Shown in pieces: positions 12,951-23,425 of a stretch of DNA of 64,000 bases. Every line of letters begins with the position of its first letter. Position 1 is the first letter of the stretch. This DNA comes from Hypanus sabinus (lineage: Eukaryota): positions 79,856,001 through 79,920,000 of the forward strand of contig NC_082718.1 of assembly GCF_030144855.1 (NCBI RefSeq). The letters run 5' to 3'. The notes below the pieces were generated by a model that ran no database searches, was not told the DNA's origin, and worked only from the letters and a program-made list of their open reading frames with translations. The translations under genes were made by a program, and so were the position numbers.

Positions 12951-13094
12951 TTACATTTTATCGCTTACGTTGTTACTGAATGAACCAGATAAATGTATTC
13001 AGAGATGACACGTTTAAGGTTATGTTCGGTCAAGATCGGGCTTCTCATTCTCGGCTTCCGTGTCTGAGTTATTGTTCCAGATGCTGACAGCAGA

Positions 13095-13290
13095 ACGGAA
13101 TCCGAAAGTAAAACAGCCGAGAGCGTTCAGACCTGTAACGGGGCGGACACGTTTCCAACACACCACGGGGTTTTTCGGAAACGAAACTTCGGCTGGAACC
13201 TGATTGGTTTGTTTGTCAACACAGCGACAGCGGCTGAAGATCAGCCCAGCGGCGCCGTGACGTTCAGAAACGGGAGCCGAACATAAAGCG
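13095..13290 (+). promoter_or_regulatory. Interferon-responsive promoter of ISG15-like A1 (same motif at 17585, 22007, 26424, 30956)
   Basis: Canonical ISRE GGAAACGAAACT at 13177-13188, preceded by kB-like GGGGTTTTTC; GC box GGGGCGG at ~13140; reverse CCAAT (ATTGG) at ~13203; TATA-like CATAAA at 13282. Confidence 0.85.
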
Positions 13291-13474
13291 AGGGGAGGGA
13301 GGCGGAGAGACGCAGAGCTGCGGGAGCGGGGGTACCGATAGCACCAGTGAAGAATTTCTATTGATTTACCCGGACCAGAGCTGAAAGTCGGTGCGGAATA
13401 AAGGGCAAAGAAAAAACCTGCAGATCAGATTTTCTTCAGATTCCTCCTGACTTCCTGTACTGTCGACAAAACTT

Positions 13475-14115
13475 GTAAGACTTTATTTGATTATCTCAAA
13501 GTTCTCATTTTTATCTGGCTATTTACAACATTGACGATACACAGTAATTTGAATTACTAACATCCTGTGAAGCGGGTGGGAAATGTAGTCAAATGGAGTT
13601 CATTCGCAGCAGAATCGCTTTAAAATCAGAATTGGGGTGATCACCACTAACAAATCGATAAACTTGGCAATTTGTGGCGGCAGTACAGTGAAGTACACAN
13701 NNNNNNNNNNNNNNNNNNNNNNNNNNNNNNNNNNNNNNNNNNNNNNNNNNNNNNNNNNNNNNNNNNNNNNNNNNNNNNNNNNNNNNNNNNNNNNNNNNNN
13801 NNNNNNNNNNNNNNNNNNNNNNNNNNNNNNNNNNCAATGTGTTATTTACATATTTTTTGCCGCTGATCGGATCAGGTGCAAAACTGTTGAAGCTCAGCGG
13901 CTCACGGGGTCCCTCTCCCGTCAGATGTCAGTATTGCAGCTCAAAATTCCTGTCACACATTTCGAACTGCTCGGGAAAGAGGGGTCTGTCTTTTCCCGCT
14001 TGACTACAGATCTTAGTAGGTTGTGTTGATATTACAGGAAATGCCACCTTAATACACCAGAGTTCATGAACCCATGTGATGCAAAACTCTCTAATCACTT
14101 CTCATTTCTCCACAG
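13475..14115 (+). other. 5'UTR intron of ISG15-like A1 (repeated in every copy)
   Basis: Donor CTT|GTAAGA at 13475; branch-like CTAAT, pyrimidine tract and CACAG acceptor ending 14115, 12 nt before the ATG. Both splice sites are conserved in the type B genes. Confidence 0.8.
13700..13834. repeat. N-run at an identical intronic site in each array unit (also 18108-18252, 22530-22664, 26952-27201, 31479-31624); probably a masked microsatellite
   Basis: Same flanks GTACACA...(CAA)TGTGTT in all five copies; lengths 135, 145, 135, 250 and 146. Confidence 0.6.
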
Positions 14116-14127
14116 CGATTTGACAAG

Positions 14128-14595
14128 ATGAGGCTTCAGGTGAAGTTTATCACCGGCGAGGGTATCGAACTTGATGTCGACCCTTCCATTCAAGTGTCGA
14201 CTCTCAAGATGGAAATCCAGCAAAAGACCAACGTGCCCATTTCCCAACAGCGTCTGCTGGTACAAAATGGTCAAAGCGTGGAGATGCAGGACAACAGAAG
14301 TCTCAGCTACTACAACCTCTACCCCAGCCCCACCGTGATGCTGCTGGTCAGGAAAGAGGAATCCATGCAGATATTTCTCCAAAATGACCAGGGGAAAACC
14401 AGGACCTACGATGTACTGCCCTCTGAGACCGTGAAGAGTTTTAAAGAGCAGGTCCATCGGCAGGAGGGCGTCAGACCCGAACAGCAGCGCCTGGTTTATA
14501 ACAGCAAACAGTTGGAGGATGGCCGACTGCTCTCCGACTACAATATCAGACCACGAACCACCATCTTTCTGACACTCCGTCTACGTGGAGGCTGA
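14128..14595 (+). CDS. ISG15: ISG15-like di-ubiquitin protein, type A copy 1 (155 aa)
   Basis: Two tandem UbL domains (second: [34 protein letters not shown]), C-terminal LRLRGG-stop, ISRE promoter, 5'UTR intron. Confidence 0.9.
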   Translation: MRLQVKFITGEGIELDVDPSIQVSTLKMEIQQKTNVPISQQRLLVQNGQSVEMQDNRSLSYYNLYPSPTVMLLVRKEESMQIFLQNDQGKTRTYDVLPSETVKSFKEQVHRQEGVRPEQQRLVYNSKQLEDGRLLSDYNIRPRTTIFLTLRLRGG

Positions 14596-14950
14596 TTTAC
14601 TCCTACGGACATTTTAAAAATAATTTAATGGTATTTAATTGCATTCCTGTATTCTGTTGCTCATTTGAAATGAGACCAATTCTTGGCACATTGTTACTCT
14701 ATCCTACAATGTTTTAAAACAAATCCTAATAAAAACTTGGATTTGGTGGGGATGACTTACTGCTTTAAGGTCCTCAAGAATTAATTGCTTTAGTTACTGC
14801 ATTCTTCCAATGGACTTTTGTTTTCATTTTAGCATTAAAAGTTTAATGAAATCAGATTAGATGAATTTTTAAATGACTTGCAATTTCATTGTTTAAATTT
14901 TCAATATGATTTGAAATGATTTTTTTAAATAAAAGTTCAAATGCATGAAC
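14596..14950 (+). terminator. AU-rich 3'UTR with polyadenylation signals (A1; repeated in A2-A5 and as an orphan at 51171+)
   Basis: ATTTA motifs at ~14623 and ~14633; AATAAA at 14728 and 14928. Confidence 0.6.
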
Positions 14951-16999
14951 ACTGGCACTTCTGTGTGACTGCTTTCATCTAGGTCTGTGGACCTTGGTTA
15001 AGAGATGAAGTAACTTTACCAAAGTTTGATTGTGGCACTTGAACCATGTACAAGATTTCCAAAAACCCCAATTCACATGACACACTTCACACAATGGAAT
15101 TATTATATCAGCTATTCTGCATTCTTTCCTATTATATCCTAAGTAAATATTGAAGTCCTGCTGTCACCATTCCTCACTGTGTGTGACTCTTACCTCACTT
15201 ATTCCCTTTCCTAAATCATTCTGCATGGAATTGTGAAAACAGTTTTTGAAAGTTACAGTAACAATTCCCCCTTCCAACACATCTGCATGTTTGCCAGCCA
15301 CTTGCCTTGGATATTGATCTAATAGAAATGCAAACAGGTTTGATTGGGGCAGATGGTATTAAGGTTCTGAATTTAAACTCACCTCCAATCTTGCTGATGT
15401 AGTGAGGTCAAATAATCAATTACCCTTAAAAAAAGGTTTCAAAAGTGTCCCTTTTTTTCCTTTAAGAACTTTAAAAGACCCCAACAGGGCCAAGAAGAGG
15501 TGAAAGAAACAAATCTATCAATGAGTCCGTGCATTTTAAGAATTGGCTGTAAATTGATTCGTTGGTTTAACATTTTTTTTATTTTTGGGGCTGAACCCCA
15601 AAGGTAATTAAGGCATTAACACACACATGCCATAAGATAATTCTGCATATTAATAAAATCTATATGATCCCACAGTTTCTAATATGCTCACGCTGAGCAT
15701 TGGCAACGTCCACCTGACCTCTCAAACAGTTAATGGTTGCTCAGGTAAATCTATTCCTAGAGGACGACAACCTTCTCATAGGGCTTGGAGGCTGGTGAGC
15801 CTCAACGACCCAGAGGGTTAAGGTGGCTGGAGTGAGGGCCTTTTGCTTTGGCTCTTGGCAGGGTCGCCTGTGCCAAACAGATGAAGGTAGAGGGCAGACT
15901 AACAGTGGACCACCGCACCTCCAGGTTCAGGTGTTCAGCTCACGGATAAGAGCCCTGACTGGTCAATAAACAATTGTCACAGAAACAGTAATGAAGAATC
16001 CTTCTCTCCAGATGGAGATGGACCATCTGCCGAAAATGCCAGATGGATCCAGGGGCGAAGGGATGATAGGCGGATGCAACAGGGAGAGTGGGGATGGTGA
16101 CAGAAGCTGGGAAGTGATGGGTGTAGGCGATAAAGAGCTGCAGATGATGGAATCTGATAAGAGATTCCCAGCCTAATTTCCACCTGGTCTCATCAATATA
16201 GAGAACACCACGTCAGAAGCACTTGATACAATAAAGAAAGCCAAGGGAGGTGCACGTGAATGCCCACCTCACCTGGAAGGGCAGTTTAGGACATTGCCAC
16301 GATGAAGTCAAACACAATCTGGGGGAGCAATAGCTCATACTCCATCTGAGTAGTCTTTAACCTGATGGCATTAATCTCCAACTTCTGGTCAACACTCCCC
16401 CTTTAGAATTTTCCCTATTTTGATGATTCTCTCACCACTTTCCTCCCACACCCTCATGACCCTCCCAAGTTCTCCATCTCCTTCCATGGTCTACTGTCCT
16501 TTCCGATCAGATTCCTTTCTCCTCAGGCCCTTAGCGCTTACACCCATCACCTCACAGCTTCTCACATCATCCCCACTCCCACTCATCTGTTCTCTACCTC
16601 TATTTCATCCCTCCTCCTCATTCTGGCTTCGGCCCCCTTTCTTTCCAATCCTGATGAAGGATCTCGACTGAATTATGGATGTTCATTCCCTCCATTGATG
16701 CTGCCTGGCCTCCAGATTTGCCCCAACAATTTTGGCGTCCTCTTCAAGATTCCCGGCATCGGTAGGATGGATCTCTTGGGTCTGGCTTTAGGGCCCTGGT
16801 TGCTGATGGAGTTGGGCTGACCGTTGGTGAGGTCAGCTGTAACACATCCTACAGTCACAAAGTTCCACTGGTGGGGAGAGGGATGTGAGGACCAGTGAGT
16901 GGCGGACCGAGGCGTCCATGCCGAAAGCAGAAAGAGGTGCAGAGCGGAATGTGTGGCAGATGGTGGAATCACGGAGCAGATGGCGGACGTTGAAAAGAT

Positions 17000-17254
17000 T
17001 GATATGCTGGATGGGGTGAAGCTTGGGAAACGGGCCGCGTGCAAGCCTCGACTACCTCCACTTCCACTGCAGCACCTACCCCCGTGTGCCCCACATGTGG
17101 GTGAGCTTTCAGGGCCCGATTTGCCCTCACCCAGTCACCTCCGGACCCACAGTCACAAACTCTCCACCTGACAGAAGTCGTGGTCATCTTCGACTCCGAA
17201 GGACGTACAACAACAACAATGATATGCTGGATGGGGTGAAGCTTGGGAAACGGG
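17000..17254 (+). mobile_element. 5'-truncated RTE LINE 3' end with 35-bp target-site duplication (also at 21421, 25838, 30370)
   Basis: TGATATGCTGGATGGGGTGAAGCTTGGGAAACGGG at 17000-17034 and 17220-17254 flanks an insert encoding CPTCG..SHLRTH and ending in a (CAA)n tail. Confidence 0.85.
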
Positions 17255-18545
17255 GTAACACTCCTGCTGCTCTGCCCACGGGCAGATGGGCAAGAAAGGT
17301 GGGGAAATAGAGGTGATGTGGATGGGGCAGAGTTGTGTCATATTGTTTGGGTGGATCAGTGCATTTTATCGCTTACGTTGTCACTGAATGAACCAGATAA
17401 ATGTATTCAGAGATGACACGTTTAAGGTTATGTTCGGTCAAGATCGGGCTTCTCATTCTCAGCTTCCCTGTCTGAGTTATTGTTCCAGATGCTGACAGCA
17501 GAATGGAATCCGAAAGTAAAACAGCCGAGAGCGTTCAGACCTGTAACGGGGCGGACACGTTTCCAACACACCACGGGGTTTTTCGGAAACGAAACTTCGG
17601 CTGGAACCTGATTGGTTTGTTTGTCAACACAGCGACAGCGGCTGAAGATCAGCCCAGCGGCGCCGTGACGTTCAGAAACGGGAGCCGAACATAAAGCGAG
17701 GGGAGGGAGGCGGAGAGACGCAGAGCTGCGGGAGCGGGGGTACCGATAGCACCAGTGAAGAATTTCTATTGATTTACCCGGACCAGAGCTGAAAGTCGGT
17801 GCGGAATAAAGGGCAAAGAAAAAACCTGCAGATCAGATTTTCTTCAGATTCCTCCTGACTTCCTGTACTGTCGACAAAACTTGTAAGACTTTATTTGATT
17901 ATCTCAAAGTTCTCATTTTTATCTGGCTATTTACAACATTGACGATACACAGTAATTTGAATTACTAACATCCTGTGAAGCGGGTGGGAAATGTAGTCAA
18001 ATGGAGTTCATTCGCAGCAGAATCGCTTTAAAATCAGAATTGGGGTGATCACCACTAACAAATCGATAAACTTGGCAATTTGTGGCGGCAGTACAGTGAA
18101 GTACACANNNNNNNNNNNNNNNNNNNNNNNNNNNNNNNNNNNNNNNNNNNNNNNNNNNNNNNNNNNNNNNNNNNNNNNNNNNNNNNNNNNNNNNNNNNNN
18201 NNNNNNNNNNNNNNNNNNNNNNNNNNNNNNNNNNNNNNNNNNNNNNNNNNNNCAATGTGTTATTTACATATTTTTTGCCGCTGATCGGATCAGGTGCAAA
18301 ACTGTTGAAGCTCAGCGGCTCACGGGGTCCCTCTCCCGTCAGATGTCAGTATTGCAGCTCAAAATTCCTGTCACACATTTCGAACTGCTCGGGAAAGAGG
18401 GGTCTGTCTTTTCCCGCTTGACTACAGATCTTAGTAGGTTGTGTTGATATTACAGGAAATGCCACCTTAATACACCAGAGTTCATGAACCCATGTGATGC
18501 AAAACTCTCTAATCACTTCTCATTTCTCCACAGCGATTTGACAAG

Positions 18546-19013
18546 ATGAGGCTTCAGGTGAAGTTTATCACCGGCGAGGGTATCGAACTTGATGTCGACC
18601 CTTCCATTCAAGTGTCGACTCTCAAGATGGAAATCCAGCAAAAGACCAACGTGCCCATTTCCCAACAGCGTCTGCTGGTACAAAATGGTCAAAGCGTGGA
18701 GATGCAGGACAACAGAAGTCTCAGCTACTACAACCTCTACCCCAGCCCCACCGTGATGCTGCTGGTCAGGAAAGAGGAATCCATGCAGATATTTCTCCAA
18801 AATGACCAGGGGAAAACCAGGACCTACGATGTACTGCCCTCTGAGACCGTGAAGAGTTTTAAAGAGCAGGTCCATCGGCAGGAGGGCGTCAGACCCGAAC
18901 AGCAGCGCCTGGTTTATAACAGCAAACAGTTGGAGGATGGCCGACTGCTCTCCGACTACAATATCAGACCACGAACCACCATCTTTCTGACACTCCGTCT
19001 ACGTGGAGGCTGA
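18546..19013 (+). CDS. ISG15: ISG15-like type A copy 2
   Basis: Protein identical to A1. Confidence 0.9.
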   Translation: MRLQVKFITGEGIELDVDPSIQVSTLKMEIQQKTNVPISQQRLLVQNGQSVEMQDNRSLSYYNLYPSPTVMLLVRKEESMQIFLQNDQGKTRTYDVLPSETVKSFKEQVHRQEGVRPEQQRLVYNSKQLEDGRLLSDYNIRPRTTIFLTLRLRGG

Positions 19014-22000
19014 TTTACTCCTACGGACATTTTAAAAATAATTTAATGGTATTTAATTGCATTCCTGTATTCTGTTGCTCATTTGAAATGAGACCAATTC
19101 TTGGCACATTGTTACTCTATCCTACAATGTTTTAAAACAAATCCTAATAAAAACTTGGATTTGGTGGGGATGACTTACTGCTTTAAGGTCCTCAAGAATT
19201 AATTGCTTTAGTTACTGCATTCTTCCAATGGACTTTTGTTTTCATTTTAGCATTAAAAGTTTAATGAAATCAGATTAGATGAATTTTTAAATGACTTGCA
19301 ATTTCATTGTTTAAATTTTCAATATGATTTGAAATGATTTTTTTAAATAAAAGTTCAAATGCATGAACACTGGCACTTCTGTGTGACTGCTTTCATCTAG
19401 GTCTGTGGACCTTGGTTAAGAGATGAAGTAACTTTACCAAAGTTTGATTGTGGCACTTGAACCATGTACAAGATTTCCAAAAACCCCAATTCACATGACA
19501 CACTTCACACAATGGAATTATTATATCAGCTATTCTGCATTCTTTCCTATTATATCCTAAGTAAATATTGAAGTCCTGCTGTCACCATTCCTCACTGTGT
19601 GTGACTCTTACCTCACTTATTCCCTTTCCTAAATCATTCTGCATGGAATTGTGAAAACAGTTTTTGAAAGTTACAGTAACAATTCCCCCTTCCAACACAT
19701 CTGCATGTTTGCCAGCCACTTGCCTTGGATATTGATCTAATAGAAATGCAAACAGGTTTGATTGGGGCAGATGGTATTAAGGTTCTGAATTTAAACTCAC
19801 CTCCAATCTTGCTGATGTAGTGAGGTCAAATAATCAATTACCCTTAAAAAAAGGTTTCAAAAGTGTCCCTTTTTTTCCTTTAAGAACTTTAAAAGACCCC
19901 AACAGGGTCAAGAAGAGGTGAAAGAAACAAATCTATCAATGAGTCCGTGCATTTTAAGAATTGGCTGTAAATTGATTCGTTGGTTTAACATTTTTTTCAT
20001 TTTTGGGGCTGAACCCCAAAGGTAATTAAGGCATTAACACACACATGCCATAAGATAATTCTGCATATTAATAAAATCTATATGATCCCACAGTTTCTAA
20101 TATGCTCACGCTGGGCATTGGCAACGTCCACCTGACCTCTCAAACAGTTAATGGTTGCTCAGGTAAATCTATTCCTAGAGGACGACAACCTTCTCATAGG
20201 GCTTGGAGGCTGGTGAGCCTCAACGACCCAGAGGGTTAAGGTGGCTGGAGTGAGGGCCTTTTGCTTTGGCTCTTGGCAGGGTCGCCTGTGCCAAACAGAT
20301 GAAGGTAGAGGGCAGACTAACAGTGGACCACCTCCAGGTTCAGGTGTTCAGCTCACGGATAAGAGCCCTGACTGGTCAATAAACAATTGTCACAGAAACA
20401 GTAATGAAGAATCCTTCTCTCCAGATGGAGATGGACGTCCTTCATTGCTGCCGAAAATGCCAGATGGATCCAGGGGCGAAGGGATGATAGGCAGATGCAA
20501 CAGGGAGAGTGGGGATGGTGACAGAAACTGGGAAGTGATGGGTGTAGGCGATAAAGAGCTGCAGATGATGGAATCTGATAAGAGATTCCCAGCCTAATTT
20601 CCACCTGGTCTCATCAATATAAAGAACACCACATCAGAAGCACTTGATACAATAAAGAAAGCCAAGGGAGGTGCACGTGAATGCCCACCTCACCTGGAAG
20701 GGCAGTTTAGGACATTGCCACGATGAAGTCAAACACAATCTGGGGGAGCAATAGCTCATACTCCATCTGAGTAGTCTTTAACCTGATGGCATTAATCTCC
20801 AACTTCTGGTCAACACTCCCCCTTTAGAATTTTCCCTATTTTGATGATTCTCTCACCACTTTCCTCCCCCACCCTCATGACCCTCCCAAGTTCTCCATCT
20901 CCTTCCATGGTCTACTGTCCTTTCCGATCAGATTCCTTTCTCCTCAGGCCCTTAGCGCTTACACCCATCACCTCACAGCTTCTCACATCATCCCCACTCC
21001 CACTCAGCTGTTCTCTACCTCTATTTCATCCCTCCTCCTCATTCTGGCTTCGGCCCCCTTTCTTTCCAATCCTGATGAAGGATCTCGACTGAATTATGGA
21101 TGTTCATTCCCTCCATTGATGCTGCCTGGCCTCCAGATTTGCCCCAACAATTTTGGCGTCCTCTTCAAGATTCCCGGCATCGGTAGGATGGATCTCTTGG
21201 GTCTGGCTTTAGGGCCCTGGTTGCTGATGGAGTTGGGCTGACCGTTGGTGAGGTCAGCTGTAACACATCCTACAGTCACAAAGTTCCACTGGTGGGGAGA
21301 GGGATGTGAGGACCAGTGAGTGGCGGACCGAGGCGTCCATGCCGAAAGCAGAAAGAGGTGCAGAGCGGAATGTGTGGCAGATGGTGGAATCACGGAGCAG
21401 ATGGCGGACGTTGAAAAGATTGATATGCTGGATGGGGTGAAGCTTGGGAAACGGGCCGCGTGCAAGCCTCGAACTACCTCCACTTCCACTGCAGCACCTA
21501 CCCCCGTGTGCCCCACATGTGGGTGAGCTTTCAGGGCCCGATTTGCCCTCACCCAGTCACCTCCGGACCCACAGTCACAAACCCTCCACCTGACAGAAGT
21601 CGTGGTCATCTTCGACTCCGAAGGACGAACAACAACAACAATGATATGCTGGATGGGGTGAAGCTTGGGAAACGGGGTAACACTCCTGCTGCTCTGCCCA
21701 CGGGCAGATGGGCAAGAAAGGTGGGGAAATAGAGGTGATGTGGATGGGGCAGAGTTGTGTCATATTGTTTGGGTGGATCAGTGCATTTTATCGCTTACGT
21801 TGTCACTGAATGAACCAGATAAATGTATTCAGAGATGACACGTTTAAGGTTATGTTCGGTCAAGATCGGGCTTCTCATTCTCGGCTTCCGTGTCTGAGTT
21901 ATTGTTCCAGATGCTGACAGCAGAACGGAATCCGAAAGTAAAACAGCCGAGAGCGTTCAGACCTGTAACGGGGCGGACACGTTTCCAACACACCACGGGG

Positions 22001-22957
22001 TTTTTCGGAAACGAAACTTCGGCTGGAACCTGATTGGTTTGTTTGTCAACACAGCGACAGCGGCTGAAGATCAGCCCAGCGGCGCCGTGACGTTCAGAAA
22101 CGGGAGCCGAACATAAAGCGAGGGGAGGGAGGCGGAGAGACGCAGAGCTGCGGGAGCGGGGGTACCGATAGCACCAGTGAAGAATTTCTATTGATTTACC
22201 CGGACCAGAGCTGAAAGTCGGTGCGGAATAAAGGGCAAAGAAAAAACCTGCAGATCAGATTTTCTTCAGATTCCTCCTGACTTCCTGTACTGTCGACAAA
22301 ACTTGTAAGACTTTATTTGATTATCTCAAAGTTCTCATTTTTATCTGGCTATTTACAACATTGACGATACACAGTAATTTGAATTACTAACATCCTGTGA
22401 AGCGGGTGGGAAATGTCGTCAAATGGAGTTCATTCGCAGCAGAATCGCTTTAAAATCAGAATTGGGGTGATCACCACTAACAAATCGATAAACTTGGCAA
22501 TTTGTGGCGGCAGTACAGTGAAGTACACANNNNNNNNNNNNNNNNNNNNNNNNNNNNNNNNNNNNNNNNNNNNNNNNNNNNNNNNNNNNNNNNNNNNNNN
22601 NNNNNNNNNNNNNNNNNNNNNNNNNNNNNNNNNNNNNNNNNNNNNNNNNNNNNNNNNNNNNNNNCAATGTGTTATTTACATATTTTTTGCCGCTGATCGG
22701 ATCAGGTGCAAAACTGTTGAAGCTCAGCGGCTCACGGGGTCCCTCTCCCGTCAGATGTCAGTATTGCAGCTCAAAATTCCTGTCACACATTTCGAACTGC
22801 TCGGGAAAGAGGGGTCTGTCTTTTCCCGCTTGACTACAGATCTTAGTAGGTTGTGTTGATATTACAGGAAATGCCACCTTAATACACCAGAGTTCATGAA
22901 CCCATGTGATGCAAAACTCTCTAATCACTTCTCATTTCTCCACAGCGATTTGACAAG

Positions 22958-23425
22958 ATGAGGCTTCAGGTGAAGTTTATCACCGGCGAGGGTATCGAAC
23001 TTGATGTCGACCCTTCCATTCAAGTGTCGACTCTCAAGATGGAAATCCAGCAAAAGACCAACGTGCCCATTTCCCAACAGCGTCTGCTGGTACAAAATGG
23101 TCAAAGCGTGGAGATGCAGGACAACAGAAGTCTCAGCTACTACAACCTCTACCCCAGCCCCACCGTGATGCTGCTGGTCAGGAAAGAGGAATCCATGCAG
23201 ATATTTCTCCAAAATGACCAGGGGAAAACCAGGACCTACGATGTACTGCCCTCTGAGACCGTGAAGAGTTTTAAAGAGCAGGTCCATCGGCAGGAGGGCG
23301 TCAGACCCGAACAGCAGCGCCTGGTTTATAACAGCAAACAGTTGGAGGATGGCCGACTGCTCTCCGACTACAATATCAGACCACGAACCACCATCTTTCT
23401 GACACTCCGTCTACGTGGAGGCTGA
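22958..23425 (+). CDS. ISG15: ISG15-like type A copy 3
   Basis: Protein identical to A1. Confidence 0.9.
   Translation: MRLQVKFITGEGIELDVDPSIQVSTLKMEIQQKTNVPISQQRLLVQNGQSVEMQDNRSLSYYNLYPSPTVMLLVRKEESMQIFLQNDQGKTRTYDVLPSETVKSFKEQVHRQEGVRPEQQRLVYNSKQLEDGRLLSDYNIRPRTTIFLTLRLRGG

Noticed and set aside
13589-14029. ORFs containing long X runs
   Set aside because: Artefacts of translating N-runs.
14095-14457. 120-aa antisense ORF repeated five times (also 38095 and 58024)
   Set aside because: Shadow frame of the ISG15-like CDS; recurrence only reflects the duplication.
14128-14595. Polyubiquitin, NEDD8 or FAT10 assignment
   Set aside because: Too divergent from ubiquitin, no internal GG between the domains, ends LRLRGG, and has an ISRE promoter; ISG15-like fits best, although orthology is unproven.
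7806-14595. Direct OAS-UbL (OASL) spliced fusion within this window
   Set aside because: The genes are on opposite strands and the UbL genes lie 5' of OAS; even inversion via the 2-kb repeats would leave them upstream.
21094-21609. 171-aa minus-strand ORF in several spacers
   Set aside because: Spans the RTE insert and Penelope remnants and is frameshifted in spacer 1; not a gene.
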